From an uncultured virus (IMG/VR IMGVR_UViG_3300008111_000022) (taxonomy: Duplodnaviria > Heunggongvirae > Uroviricota > Caudoviricetes), in IMG/VR virus record IMGVR_UViG_3300008111_000022: DNA of 64,000 nt. The stretch is one strand, 5' to 3'. Under the pieces are notes generated by a model. The model saw only the letters and a list, made by a program, of their open reading frames with translations. It did not search any database and had not been told where the DNA came from. Position numbers and translations under genes: made by a program. Shown piece by piece: positions 9,401-18,794 of this stretch (position 1 is its first letter; each line of letters begins with the position of its first letter).

Positions 9401-12400
9401 TTTACCTAGAGGTGTTCTTAATGCATATGATTTTGTCGATGGTGGGTTATCATTGATGTTGTCTCTATCTAACTGGGGATAAAGGTCAACAACGTTTTGA
9501 GTATAAGTGCTATCTGTAAATTCTTCTTCTACGGTGTTTGATGCATTTAATGCAAATAAATGATAAACACCATCTTTTTGCCCTTCAATATAATCAGAAA
9601 TGACTACACTTCTGTAGATAATAAAATTATCCTTAACGTCATTTCTCTCAAATCTTGGCCAAGATGTATTTTTAGTTGTTGGGAATGTTGGGAATGTAGA
9701 AACCCCTGCAGTAATTTGATATGTAAATGACATATCATTTACTACAGATTTGACATCATACTTGCCATTATAACCATACCCAAATTCACCAAATGGGTTT
9801 AGAATAGAATCCTTAATACCGTAGATTTTAACGTCATTACCAACATTAAGATTGTGTGGTTTTTCAGTTTCAACCGTTACTGTATAGACACCATTAACAG
9901 CTGCAGACCTTGAACAACTTGAAATAAATCTTGGATTTTTGTTATAGTTGTAATCAGAAGAAGTTAGATTTCTCGTAGTTGGTAAGATAAAGTCAGTATC
10001 ATTTCTTACACCAGTAAAACTACTCTCTTGTATAATAAAACCAGGTTCTGGTGCTTTTGCACCTAAAAGTTCTTTTGGAATGACAACTCTAAGTTTGTAA
10101 AGTCTTTCATCTAAACTTCTTGTATCTGGAATTCTCTTAATATAAGATGCATCTGTTCTGATTTGATAACCACCGACACCAAGAGAACTTAATGTTGAGT
10201 AAATTGTATTATTTGTAGATTTTACATTGATATACCACTGTTTCTTGGTGTTATCAAACTGAACAGGGTGACCAAGATCACCAGCTTGCTTATCATGAAC
10301 TCTACTAAGAATTTTTAACTTTATTCCGCCGTATACTGTTACTGGAACTCCCAAACTTGCATCTGCTTGAGATGTTGCAAGTTGAACTTCTGTTGATTGT
10401 AACGTTACTCCATCTGTTCTTGTTGCATTAATTGCAGATGTAATGACATAATAAACCGTATGTTCTGTAATATTTTCTGGTAGGTCACCATCTATACTTT
10501 GAATTGTAACTTTCTCTGCATTTTCAAGAGTGTGGGCACCACTTAAAACAAATCTATTATTACTTACTTGACTTACAGTATATTCTTTTGCACTTGAAGT
10601 AACTCCATCTGACATAACAATGTCAGCAGAATATTCAACCTTATTAATTGTTGCATATAATTTATCATTTACGGCACCACCAATGCGATATCCTTGAGTT
10701 AGAATTGGTGGTACATTATCTTGAGAGTTGAATCCAAATAGATATATTTTATTTCCAGATGGGTTGAAAGTTGGACTCGTTGTTACTCCAACATCAATTG
10801 CCTGCCAGTCAACGGTTTTTGGTGTACCAGTAATTGCTTTTGGTGTGACAACATTTGTTAAGAATAAATTATTATCTTTATCAAATGCCTTTGCTCTAAA
10901 TCCATCTCCATTCAAGGAGATTTGACCAAAGTTGGAGTTGGAGTTTGTGATGCTATAGTCTGCACCAGATTCACCATCAAAATGTTTCGCAAATCCAATC
11001 GCAAAAACAGAAACAACCTGAATGAATGAATCATTAGATGCTTTAATATGAGAGGTTTCCCATCCTTTTCTGTAAATTGCAGAAGCATCTAGGTGATATG
11101 CGGTTCCAGGATCTGTTGATGATGATCTAGAAGATAGTTCTGCTCCTGTTACCTTAGATACACTAATACCAATATATTTTCTTGAGTCTTGGAAATATTT
11201 TACAAATGCACGGTCGTCTTTTTGTAGAGAAACACCAGTAAACTGAGCAACAACCATTGAACGGAAACCTGATGCCTTGCTACCATCAGCGTGCATACCG
11301 TTCATACCCCATACAGAACGTAAGGAGATATTAAAGATATATGGAGAAGCACCAGAAACAGTATCAGTTTCAATAACAACTGTTGCTGAAGAAATACTAC
11401 CATTTAGATCAAGATCTCGTCTTGCATTTGGAATCAGGTAAGTAAATCTAGTGTCACTTAAAACTGTCTGAACTTTTGTTGAAATATTATAATCAGTAGG
11501 AACTACGTTTCTAATTTTAATAGGTGTCCCTTCGTTAAATTCGTGAGGAACAGAAGTTGTGACAGTAACTAAATTACTTCCAGAAGAACTAATACTGATT
11601 GAGGCAAGTGGAATTACGTCACTATCAAATGCACCTACAATTTCCCATTCTGGACGTTGTTTTGCAAATCCACCTGCATCTGCTGGGTATTTCTGATCGA
11701 TTTCTCTAGTACCAGCACTAGTGCCATATGCATTCGATAACTTGGCATAGTACATATCCAGGTCAGTAAGACCCGTATTACCATATTTGTTTACGCCATC
11801 AACATATTCAAAACAAGTTAGTTTATGGTGAGAAAATGTTGGTTTTGCAGTATCAGTAAAATCAGTTGGGTTAGTATATGCTAATTCAGTTTCTCGTGCA
11901 TCAAAGAATGAAAACTGCCATAAGTAACATGCACCAGTTACTCTAAAAATAGCAGACTTTGCGGCAGATGGATCTGTTGGGTTTGGGATATATTTTGGTC
12001 TAACCTTTGTCTTTCTTAAGTCAAGACCAACAATAGATACACCTCTTGGTACAATAACACCACCGTAGATGCTATTGAATTTATATAAAATGTTATCAAC
12101 TTGTGTCAAATCAAAGTTTGATGACAGTGATAAACCTAATGCCGACGATGCTGTTGGATTGCTGCCACTAATACTCTGATCTGGTGCTACAACTTTTGCC
12201 GTTCCACCATCATTATAAAGTCTAAAACCAGGTCTATTATCAATTAAATGCTCACCAGGTAATAGTAAAATAGTCGTTTTTTCTGTAATATCATTATCAT
12301 CACCCTTTACATATGAAAATCTTGCTGCCTCTAAAAGTGCCCTTTGAATTGTTTTAAAAGGTCTCGCAAGTGAATTTCCCTGATTATCAATACTATCAGT

Positions 12401-12481
12401 GGAATCAAGATCACTTGGACTTACATAAAGAATACGCCCATCAGTATTCTTTATAAAATTATCTAACTTATTAAGAGGCAT
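6455..12481 (-). CDS. large virion structural/fibre protein with C-terminal intramolecular chaperone (peptidase S74)
   Basis: 2008 aa; N-terminal NSLARPFKTIQRAL; C-terminal TSDQRLKDNI...GVIAQE...VDYHKLVPLLIESIKEL. Confidence 0.85.
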   Translation of the reverse strand: MPLNKLDNFIKNTDGRILYVSPSDLDSTDSIDNQGNSLARPFKTIQRALLEAARFSYVKGDDNDITEKTTILLLPGEHLIDNRPGFRLYNDGGTAKVVAPDQSISGSNPTASSALGLSLSSNFDLTQVDNILYKFNSIYGGVIVPRGVSIVGLDLRKTKVRPKYIPNPTDPSAAKSAIFRVTGACYLWQFSFFDARETELAYTNPTDFTDTAKPTFSHHKLTCFEYVDGVNKYGNTGLTDLDMYYAKLSNAYGTSAGTREIDQKYPADAGGFAKQRPEWEIVGAFDSDVIPLASISISSSGSNLVTVTTSVPHEFNEGTPIKIRNVVPTDYNISTKVQTVLSDTRFTYLIPNARRDLDLNGSISSATVVIETDTVSGASPYIFNISLRSVWGMNGMHADGSKASGFRSMVVAQFTGVSLQKDDRAFVKYFQDSRKYIGISVSKVTGAELSSRSSSTDPGTAYHLDASAIYRKGWETSHIKASNDSFIQVVSVFAIGFAKHFDGESGADYSITNSNSNFGQISLNGDGFRAKAFDKDNNLFLTNVVTPKAITGTPKTVDWQAIDVGVTTSPTFNPSGNKIYLFGFNSQDNVPPILTQGYRIGGAVNDKLYATINKVEYSADIVMSDGVTSSAKEYTVSQVSNNRFVLSGAHTLENAEKVTIQSIDGDLPENITEHTVYYVITSAINATRTDGVTLQSTEVQLATSQADASLGVPVTVYGGIKLKILSRVHDKQAGDLGHPVQFDNTKKQWYINVKSTNNTIYSTLSSLGVGGYQIRTDASYIKRIPDTRSLDERLYKLRVVIPKELLGAKAPEPGFIIQESSFTGVRNDTDFILPTTRNLTSSDYNYNKNPRFISSCSRSAAVNGVYTVTVETEKPHNLNVGNDVKIYGIKDSILNPFGEFGYGYNGKYDVKSVVNDMSFTYQITAGVSTFPTFPTTKNTSWPRFERNDVKDNFIIYRSVVISDYIEGQKDGVYHLFALNASNTVEEEFTDSTYTQNVVDLYPQLDRDNINDNPPSTKSYALRTPLGKVVTNDQKHSLTRETTDKFAKSFGFGLGITTVTSSTGIATLSFDRNHGFGGIISVGITTGGVGYQTGTYYNVKVLKDGTITNTWQGATATVVVNSSTNVSSVQITNPGSGYTTGTYQLDESVIGNNGAQTNVSLDLTAGGISTSLGQVIQTTGIGTTADGYYRITSIPAPNRIAIARTAGDPTPLVGQYLLLTGLSASITSLASNASAGITTFTCSSAHGLVAGNKIRLLDSSNNNLGDYFVNSRVGVNTFNVLTSGITTASFALKHGFASNDGSSDSTLENLSTRSTFILDKEVAYVVGFTDDTRIRISVPSPGIGTTSRFSYGSYIQIDDEIMRVASNTLGGTNNDEITVLRGSLATRKVSHDVGSIIRKIDPVPLEIRRPTTMRASGHTFEYLGYGPGNYSTGLPQVQIRSLSEREEFLAQSQEKRGGIVVYTGMNNRGDSFQGNSKSSAASGVIVTYDIPTPTITGENASRLSVVFDEVTVKERIVVEGGSSNTVLSQFDGPLNINGETNFTAPVLIRHLLTVRDETDSTSTTSGALVVTGGVGIAKNVSIGGTLTANNLVANNVTFGVINSTSTNQAVGFGSTSSALSVAGGAAISKNLIINQNVGIGTTNPTKRFHIFAAHTHIANDEIGLIENISVGEPASLSFMARSDNGSIGNKGSIYFDAGADGTTADNKLQLTARHQDTTDPTITITGGGNVGVGSTSPQEQLDVKGGLGFVRIGEVYAGYNGITLNGSTSDNDYNFISRVGDTDLYINRPSTKNIRFRMNNVDQMILDGDGDLGIGTATINNKLHVQGTALIAGSLAADSLSLTHTTTGIGVGDIGSNGGGDGIFGIYNTTNSGSIAFNVKDSGGTYNDILTMTSSVATVDGELRVTGDITAFYTSDQRLKDNITPINDPLAKVISISGNTYTWNEQSGKEGNDVGVIAQEIQAVLPEAVIERDNGYLAVDYHKLVPLLIESIKELTAKVEKLEQKLQDK

Positions 12482-12516
12482 TTTATTACGACTTTTAATT
12501 GTTTTCTATCTTTTAT

Positions 12517-12837
12517 TTATGAAGTCAAATCTTCCTCGTCATATTCAAATTCAATATCATCAGGCATATCTTCAGGGTTCTCTAACTCAACTGGGAAGAA
12601 ACAAGGGTGTACTTCTTCATCTATCAAGTAGAAAGAATTTCTATACAAATCATCTGGTTCAAATGATCTGTTCTTATCTGCTTCTCTACAAAGATCCTGA
12701 TCATACAAATGACCTTCTGGCATTTCATCAAACGTAAAAGGTATATGATTGATGAAATACATTTTCACAATCATACTGCCATTATTGTACCAGCAGTATG
12801 CAGAATCGATACGATAAGACATAGGAAAAATTCCCAT
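12517..12837 (-). CDS. hypothetical acidic protein
   Basis: 106 aa ORF; start may be the second Met (MSYRI). Confidence 0.7.
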   Translation of the reverse strand: MGIFPMSYRIDSAYCWYNNGSMIVKMYFINHIPFTFDEMPEGHLYDQDLCREADKNRSFEPDDLYRNSFYLIDEEVHPCFFPVELENPEDMPDDIEFEYDEEDLTS

Positions 12838-12856
12838 ATCTTATATTTATTTTCAG

Positions 12857-12940
12857 TAGGGCGAGGGGGAATCGAACCCCCACGGGAATACTCCCAGCAG
12901 ATTTTAAGTCTGATACGGCTACCAGTTACGTCACCGCCCC
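12857..12940 (-). tRNA. tRNA-Leu (UAA)
   Basis: GGGGCGG...loop CTTAAAA...long variable arm...GGTTCGATTCC...TCGCCCT-A; no encoded CCA. Confidence 0.92.
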
Positions 12941-12952
12941 GTGTATGGGACC

Positions 12953-12981
12953 ATTATAACTCAGAGAGTTGTAGTGGTCAA
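12953..12981 (-). promoter_or_regulatory. sigma70-type promoter for tRNA-Leu
   Basis: TTGACC-N17-TATAAT. Confidence 0.75.
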
Positions 12982-12982
12982 G

Positions 12983-13055
12983 TGCTGGTTGTCGGGATCG
13001 AACCGACCTGTCTTGCCTTATGAGGGCAGTGCTTTCGCCAGAGAGCTAAACCAGC
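12983..13055 (-). tRNA. tRNA with CAU anticodon (elongator Met or Ile2)
   Basis: GCTGGTT/AACCAGC acceptor stem, loop CTCATAA, GTCGGTTCGATCCCGAC T-arm. Confidence 0.88.
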
Positions 13056-13432
13056 TATTTTATATTCAACGCTCGATAAGTAGGAGTTAATGAATGACAG
13101 TTAGGGCATAATACTCGAAGATTGTCTTTACTAGCATTCTTCCTATTACCATCAATGTGGTCGATTTCTAGTGTTGTATTTCCAGAAACTGGATTGACAC
13201 CTGCCCAACTACATTGAGAGCATTTGTATCCTGCTTCTTCTAGCAAATGTCTTCTAACATAACCAGAGAGTGAATTACCCCTTATTATACCAGATTTTGT
13301 GCCATTCAACCATTCAGTGATATATTCACGATCTTGGTTGTCTTGCTGACATTTACGAGAACAGTATTTACCTGTCGATTGTGACGGCATATACTTAAAG
13401 TTTTTTTCACAAGATAAACACTTACCAATCAT
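13055..13432 (-). CDS. HNH homing endonuclease (free-standing, inside tRNA cluster)
   Basis: CxxC zinc motifs; LEIDHIDGNRKN...NLRVLCPNCHS. Confidence 0.9.
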   Translation of the reverse strand: MIGKCLSCEKNFKYMPSQSTGKYCSRKCQQDNQDREYITEWLNGTKSGIIRGNSLSGYVRRHLLEEAGYKCSQCSWAGVNPVSGNTTLEIDHIDGNRKNASKDNLRVLCPNCHSLTPTYRALNIK

Positions 13433-13441
13433 TGAACTATA

Positions 13442-13477
13442 AGTTAGAACAATAGTATTTATACGATTGTTCTAACT
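13442..13477 (-). promoter_or_regulatory. T4-type late promoter inside a 12-bp perfect inverted repeat
   Basis: AGTTAGAACAAT-CGTATAAATACT-ATTGTTCTAACT, just upstream of the HNH start. Confidence 0.8.
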
Positions 13478-13479
13478 AA

Positions 13480-13551
13480 TGGGAATGCTGGGACTTGAAC
13501 CCAGTTCTACCGCTTATAAGGCGATGGCCTTAACCCATAGGCGACACTCCC
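13480..13551 (-). tRNA. tRNA-Ile (UAU)
   Basis: GGGAGTG/CATTCCC acceptor, ATCGC-CTTATAA-GCGGT anticodon arm, CTGGGTTCAAGTCCCAG T-arm. Confidence 0.88.
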
Positions 13552-13567
13552 ATAAAAACCCTGAAGA

Positions 13568-13738
13568 TCAGGGTGCTTCGTCGTGCTCAGTGTGTATTCG
13601 CACAAAGTCATCATCCGCAGGTATCATCACAGCAGCTCTACCTTCTTCATCCACAATTCCTAACGTCTCTCCATTCTCAACTCTTTTGATTAATTCATCC
13701 CATCGTTCTTGAAATTCTTCCACGGTAAAAATTTCCAT
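13568..13738 (-). CDS. small protein, Phd/YefM antitoxin-like
   Basis: Manual translation MEIFTVEEFQERWDELIKRVENGETLGIVDEEGRAAVMIPADDDFVRIHTEHDEAP; preceded by TATAAATA. Confidence 0.55.
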   Translation of the reverse strand: MEIFTVEEFQERWDELIKRVENGETLGIVDEEGRAAVMIPADDDFVRIHTEHDEAP

Positions 13739-13754
13739 TTTGGATATTTATAAA

Positions 13755-13952
13755 TCAGAGAGGATTGGAATATGCAAGACAATCATCACTGACTTGATCA
13801 CGAACAACTTCTAGTACATTCATGAATTGATCTACGGTCTCACACTCCACAACTCGTTCGTTACCTTCACTCGAATACAAATAGAACTTACGTGCCAAAG
13901 TATCGACAACACAACGACTCAGGATTTCTTCGGTGGGCATTGGGTGATTCAT
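13755..13952 (-). CDS. hypothetical protein
   Basis: 65 aa ORF directly downstream of a consensus promoter. Confidence 0.7.
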   Translation of the reverse strand: MNHPMPTEEILSRCVVDTLARKFYLYSSEGNERVVECETVDQFMNVLEVVRDQVSDDCLAYSNPL

Positions 13953-13966
13953 TTGATTACCCCCAT

Positions 13967-13995
13967 ATTATAGGGGGTCTTGGTCCTGGTGTCAA
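13967..13995 (-). promoter_or_regulatory. sigma70-type early promoter
   Basis: TTGACA-N17-TATAAT. Confidence 0.85.
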
Positions 13996-14002
13996 GGGGG
14001 TC

Positions 14003-14938
14003 TTAGGAAAAACTTTGAACTGCAGCAATTGCCGATGTATTTTTAGTTTTTCTTGCGGTAACTCTTTCTCTTAAATTTTTACATCCCCAATTTTGAAGTT
14101 CTTTCTCTTTTTTTGTATTTTTTACGGCATTTAAATTCGTTCTATTTACTGCAGCATCTCGTTGTGCTCTTAAAGATACAATTTGTGCTTGAAGTGCTGT
14201 AATTGAATTGGCAATTGATACACAAGTTGCACCAGGTACTGTTGCTCCAGTATAGTAAACATTAGGGACAGTTGAAATACGTCTGGCACTGTGATCTGTC
14301 GTTATTCCAGACACATCAAATCTTCCTTGACTTGTAACTAATGATCCACCATCATCTTGCTTTACATTTTCATAACCATATCCAGCATAAGATGTTGATA
14401 GTGTTACAGTATCATCCGGATCAAAGGGATCTTCTGCGGCAAAATTTTGATTTGGTCCAGACATACTTTGAAATATCTTTAATGCATCTCTATCTTGATT
14501 GATTACGGTATAAGTGGCAAGATCTGTAGTTACTCCCGAACATATTGTATTACCAGGCAATGTGGTGCTGCAAGCAACTCCAGGCCAGCAGTTTCCACTA
14601 GTTGCTTGTGCAGATAACGTTGCAATTTGAGATTTTAATTCATTAATCTGTGCATTGAATGATATAATTGTATTATCAGGAATTGCACAAAACTGTTGAA
14701 GAGTTTTGACATCATCCTCAATTTGCTGTTCAACTTTTCCAACTACACTCTCATCATATAAACCACTATCTTCTTCTACTTCTTCTTTTGACCAAGTTCC
14801 ATTAGCATTTTGAATGATGTTCACTTTCATCATCTTTGTTGGTGCCGTAACATCAGATTGTTTATCAAAGACACCGTTTAATTGATTTTGCTCATTCTCA
14901 AAAACTTTAAGAGCATTATTTCTTAAATTTTCATCCAT
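14003..14938 (-). CDS. hypothetical protein (baseplate operon)
   Basis: 311 aa ORF with coiled-coil segments. Confidence 0.7.
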   Translation of the reverse strand: MDENLRNNALKVFENEQNQLNGVFDKQSDVTAPTKMMKVNIIQNANGTWSKEEVEEDSGLYDESVVGKVEQQIEDDVKTLQQFCAIPDNTIISFNAQINELKSQIATLSAQATSGNCWPGVACSTTLPGNTICSGVTTDLATYTVINQDRDALKIFQSMSGPNQNFAAEDPFDPDDTVTLSTSYAGYGYENVKQDDGGSLVTSQGRFDVSGITTDHSARRISTVPNVYYTGATVPGATCVSIANSITALQAQIVSLRAQRDAAVNRTNLNAVKNTKKEKELQNWGCKNLRERVTARKTKNTSAIAAVQSFS

Positions 14939-14962
14939 TTAATTGAATCATCGTAATAATTT

Positions 14963-15757
14963 TTATTTATTTCCTTCTAGGTCTGTTATTCTTTGCTTTA
15001 GTTCTTCAATTTGTTGTTGTTGTTCTTTAATTGCTTCAATTAAAACAGCTGTTAAATTTCCATATTCAACAGTTTTTAAATCTTCATTTTCTATTTTTTC
15101 TCTAACAACAACTTCTGGAATAACTTTTTCAACTTCTTGAGCAATAAGTCCAATTGCAATATCTTGTTTTTTTGCTCTACCAGGTACGACATCAGGATTC
15201 CAACTAAAAGAAACTCCTCTTAAACTTAATACTTTTTCAAGAGAATTTTCTAAATTAACAACGTTGGTTTTTGATCTTTGATCTGATGGGCACGGAGCAC
15301 AAATAGTAGATCCGTTGTAAAGCCATGCACCTTTAAGTTTTCCTGCAGGTGATTTTAAATCCATTGTGAATGCGTTTGCATCAAATTTTGGAGCAACTGT
15401 ACTCCACTCAGGAACTGCGGCAGCTTTAATTCCATTAAGTTCAGAATTAACACCATTATAAGATATGTCTAATGCTCCAAGAGAAATGTTTGATCCAATT
15501 TTGATGTCAGATCCAAAACAATTTCTAATACCAGTTAGTTGTTCAAGTCCAATCGTATTAATTGATAATGGTGAAGTTGCTGAAGGACCGACTACCAATG
15601 AAGCAGCAAAAGGAGTTGCCATTGCACCTTGACCACAGTGCAATTTATGAATTGATGCAGTTCCAGGTTCCCAAAATCCTTTTGGAATTACAAGTGCTCC
15701 ACCAACTAGAGGATTAAAAACATCTAATGTACCAACATCTAGAGTATCAAAAGCCAT
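14963..15757 (-). CDS. spike/fibre-like protein with peptidase S74 chaperone domain
   Basis: PSDQRSKTNV...LRGVSFSW...GLIAQEVE...VEYGNLTAVLIEAIKEQQ. Confidence 0.8.
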   Translation of the reverse strand: MAFDTLDVGTLDVFNPLVGGALVIPKGFWEPGTASIHKLHCGQGAMATPFAASLVVGPSATSPLSINTIGLEQLTGIRNCFGSDIKIGSNISLGALDISYNGVNSELNGIKAAAVPEWSTVAPKFDANAFTMDLKSPAGKLKGAWLYNGSTICAPCPSDQRSKTNVVNLENSLEKVLSLRGVSFSWNPDVVPGRAKKQDIAIGLIAQEVEKVIPEVVVREKIENEDLKTVEYGNLTAVLIEAIKEQQQQIEELKQRITDLEGNK

Positions 15758-15766
15758 AAATTCTCC

Positions 15767-16354
15767 TTATTTGCAACTAAGTGCGATTCCATCAATTAGA
15801 TCCTTAACTGGACCTGGAATAAAATTTCCTAAAACACCAGCAAGTGGTGATCCTTTACTTATATCCTTACATAACATGTAAATAATACCATCGGCATTGA
15901 AAGTGATTGAATCTGGAGTTGACATGCAGATTTTTGCACCACCCAAAGTCATTTGCTCTCCAGCAGTCATGGTAATTGCTTCGTTTGCTTTTACCATAAA
16001 TGAACCATCATTGCCATCTCCAATGGTCTCAATGAAAATATTCTTTGCTTTTAACTTAATATTTCCATTCTCGGCAATAATTGAGATATCACCTTCCTCA
16101 ACAATAATTGATTTGGTTACGTTCTCTTTTTCTTTTTGTTTTCGATCATCTCCAGGTTTTTGTCCTTTGATGATCTCATGAGAAGTTCCACGAACTATTT
16201 CACCCTTGTTTCCATCCTTGGTATGAGTTTGATTATACCCATTTGTTAATGAAACAGTGTATTGAAGTCCTGGATCTTTTTTCTTCTCTGCTCCTGGACC
16301 AAAGAATACTTTTCCGTATGGGTTATCACTAAGTAACCATTCTGGTTTTGACAT
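15767..16354 (-). CDS. gp5 C-terminal-like beta-helix protein (putative)
   Basis: Short beta-strand repeats (GDISIIAENGNIKLKAKNIFIE); position in the gp5 locus. Confidence 0.5.
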   Translation of the reverse strand: MSKPEWLLSDNPYGKVFFGPGAEKKKDPGLQYTVSLTNGYNQTHTKDGNKGEIVRGTSHEIIKGQKPGDDRKQKEKENVTKSIIVEEGDISIIAENGNIKLKAKNIFIETIGDGNDGSFMVKANEAITMTAGEQMTLGGAKICMSTPDSITFNADGIIYMLCKDISKGSPLAGVLGNFIPGPVKDLIDGIALSCK

Positions 16355-16357
16355 ATT

Positions 16358-18754
16358 TTACCTCACGCAATCAATAACTCTGATGATGTTTCTCTGCCCA
16401 GTTTGAGTTGTTGCTCCAAGTTCATCATCTGTGGCAACTCTACTTTTAACAGTAGCATCTCGACGTGTCGTTGGATCTAGAACCCTTCTACTTCCTGAGT
16501 CGATAGAAATATTTGGAGTTGCATTAGGATCTACTTGTTGTGTACCATCACCAGGGAGTGGATTGACTCTAATAATTTCAAACACAGGTTTAATCTCGAC
16601 TCCAGCACCAGCATCACTATTTATTTCTATTTCAGGGATGTCCGTAATACCACAAATTCTGTTTGAAAGTTGTATGTCAATAATTTGTCCAGATTCTGTC
16701 ATTTTAACAACTGCCTTAAGACCTTCAAGATTGGGAGTGATCTTAACAGTATCAGTTGGTTTATATCCAATACCTGTTGAAAGAATTTTAAATCCAGATA
16801 AACAGACGTTGTAATCATTAACTCTTGTTCTGGTTGGATCAGGATCTATTGGTTCATCAAATTCATTCAATCCTGTTGGTTGACTTACATATCCAGCACC
16901 TGAATTTACAACTACAATGTTAGTAACTTCTCCATCATCATTAATTTCTGCATATGCCGAAGCGTAATTTCCATTCTCACAGGGATCTAATATCGTGACA
17001 AAAGGAGGACTGCTATAATTAGATCCACCAAAGACCAGATCAACTCCAACAATTCTACCAATTCGATCTACTACGGCATTACCAATCGCACCAGATCCAC
17101 CACCACCAAAGATTTCAACTGATGGAGGACCACATCTAAATGGTGCCGTATCACATTGAGTGATGCTATCTGGAATTGTGCCATCATATTGCCCTAGTGT
17201 TCCACCAAAAATTGGTAGATCTTTTGTCCATCCAGTTGCACCTTCAATGATTTGAGAATCGGATGGAATTGGTAAGAAGTTATTAAAATTGTCAATATCC
17301 TGTTGATTTGGACCGTCCTTCAGAGGATTACCTATGAAACTTTTAACCTGCGGACAGTTTGGCTTTGCACACAAGAATGATTCAAATCCAAGAATAAAAT
17401 CAAGTGCCTGGAAGACTGATCCTGCAATTTTACCAACACCACCTAGTACATCATTGATTTGATCAAGTATAGGACCGATTGCCTTATCAATATCTGATGC
17501 TAACTTATTGATTAGAGAATTTGTCCACTGTTCTGCAGCACAAAAAGGAATATTAACAACTTTACCAATGAGTTCAAATAAGAAATCACCGACCATTTGT
17601 GCCAATCCCTTGACAATATCTTTGAACTTACAAAAAATTGTATCGACGACTTTTTGTACGATAGTATTCTTAATTGCCTTGGCAACTGTTGGTATAAGAA
17701 TATCGAGGAGATCTTGTATACCTGCTCTGATTTTTCCGATTAGATAGTTTCTCAATCTCTGAATAAGAATTTTAAGAATAGCAGCAATAATACTTCCAGT
17801 GTTACGAATCAAACTACTGATCTGACCAATTTTATTGATTGTTCCATTAACATATAGTTGACCGTACTTTTTAATCTTCTTGAGAGTTTTGAAGAAACTG
17901 AGTAGTGCGGTATTGATTCCAGCAAGTTCTGATGTTCCGCAAGGATCTGGTTGAACTCTTTCCTTTTGATACGTTTGTAGAGCTTCTTGGAATGCTGTTG
18001 AATTGATATATTCTTCACACTTGGGAGGATCTACATATCCAACTCCCTTGTCAGTTTGTAATGTTTTACATGCTGCAGATTTTCTCTTTGCTTTTTCTTT
18101 GTCAATTGAATCAAGAATATTTTGAGTTGATTTAAACAGTTCTTGCTGCTCTGGAGTCCAGGTATCACTACCTTGCTCATTTAATTGTGCAACTACATCA
18201 TTATTACCCTTTGCAATTCTATCAATTGTTTCGTCCGAAACATTTGCCCATACAGGATCTGGTTGAATTGGAGTATCTGGGACAAATACTGATGGTTGCT
18301 CTGAATACGTTCGTGCATTTGGACTACTAGCAATTTTTCGTCTAATACGATTTGCTATGTCGGCACTCATCTCACCAACAATTCTTTCATTAGTTTGTTC
18401 ATTGATTGCAATATATGCAGATCCATCAGAACTTACTTTTATAGTTGTTGGTTTTCCTTCAAGATCAAGTCCAGTAAATGTATTTCCAGCAAGATCTGTT
18501 CCTGGTCTTGGTTTTCTGGGTGGTGATACTGGTCCTTGAGTTACATTTACTCCAGCAGGAATTGAAACCTTTTTTTGTGTTGGTATGTTTGGTATCTGAC
18601 CTTTTGATTCTATTTCTTTAACTACATCATAATTTTCTACAAACGTTGCCGTATAATTATCAGGTCCAAGTAAATACCACTGTGGTTTATTTTCTACTTG
18701 AACGTATATTTTTCCACCAATTACTTTAGTTTTGGTTACGTTATTTACAGACAT
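16358..18754 (-). CDS. baseplate hub/gp5-associated protein
   Basis: 798 aa, Cys-containing helical region (CAAEQW), GGGGSGA and VxxxGxGY repeats, ends VIDCV. Confidence 0.65.
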   Translation of the reverse strand: MSVNNVTKTKVIGGKIYVQVENKPQWYLLGPDNYTATFVENYDVVKEIESKGQIPNIPTQKKVSIPAGVNVTQGPVSPPRKPRPGTDLAGNTFTGLDLEGKPTTIKVSSDGSAYIAINEQTNERIVGEMSADIANRIRRKIASSPNARTYSEQPSVFVPDTPIQPDPVWANVSDETIDRIAKGNNDVVAQLNEQGSDTWTPEQQELFKSTQNILDSIDKEKAKRKSAACKTLQTDKGVGYVDPPKCEEYINSTAFQEALQTYQKERVQPDPCGTSELAGINTALLSFFKTLKKIKKYGQLYVNGTINKIGQISSLIRNTGSIIAAILKILIQRLRNYLIGKIRAGIQDLLDILIPTVAKAIKNTIVQKVVDTIFCKFKDIVKGLAQMVGDFLFELIGKVVNIPFCAAEQWTNSLINKLASDIDKAIGPILDQINDVLGGVGKIAGSVFQALDFILGFESFLCAKPNCPQVKSFIGNPLKDGPNQQDIDNFNNFLPIPSDSQIIEGATGWTKDLPIFGGTLGQYDGTIPDSITQCDTAPFRCGPPSVEIFGGGGSGAIGNAVVDRIGRIVGVDLVFGGSNYSSPPFVTILDPCENGNYASAYAEINDDGEVTNIVVVNSGAGYVSQPTGLNEFDEPIDPDPTRTRVNDYNVCLSGFKILSTGIGYKPTDTVKITPNLEGLKAVVKMTESGQIIDIQLSNRICGITDIPEIEINSDAGAGVEIKPVFEIIRVNPLPGDGTQQVDPNATPNISIDSGSRRVLDPTTRRDATVKSRVATDDELGATTQTGQRNIIRVIDCVR

Positions 18755-18794
18755 TTATATTTTCACCTCCTTATTCTGATATTTATGGGTCATA

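Noticed and set aside
12709..13023. Plus-strand ORFs over the tRNA cluster (also 13479-13712)
   Set aside because: Antisense to tRNA genes
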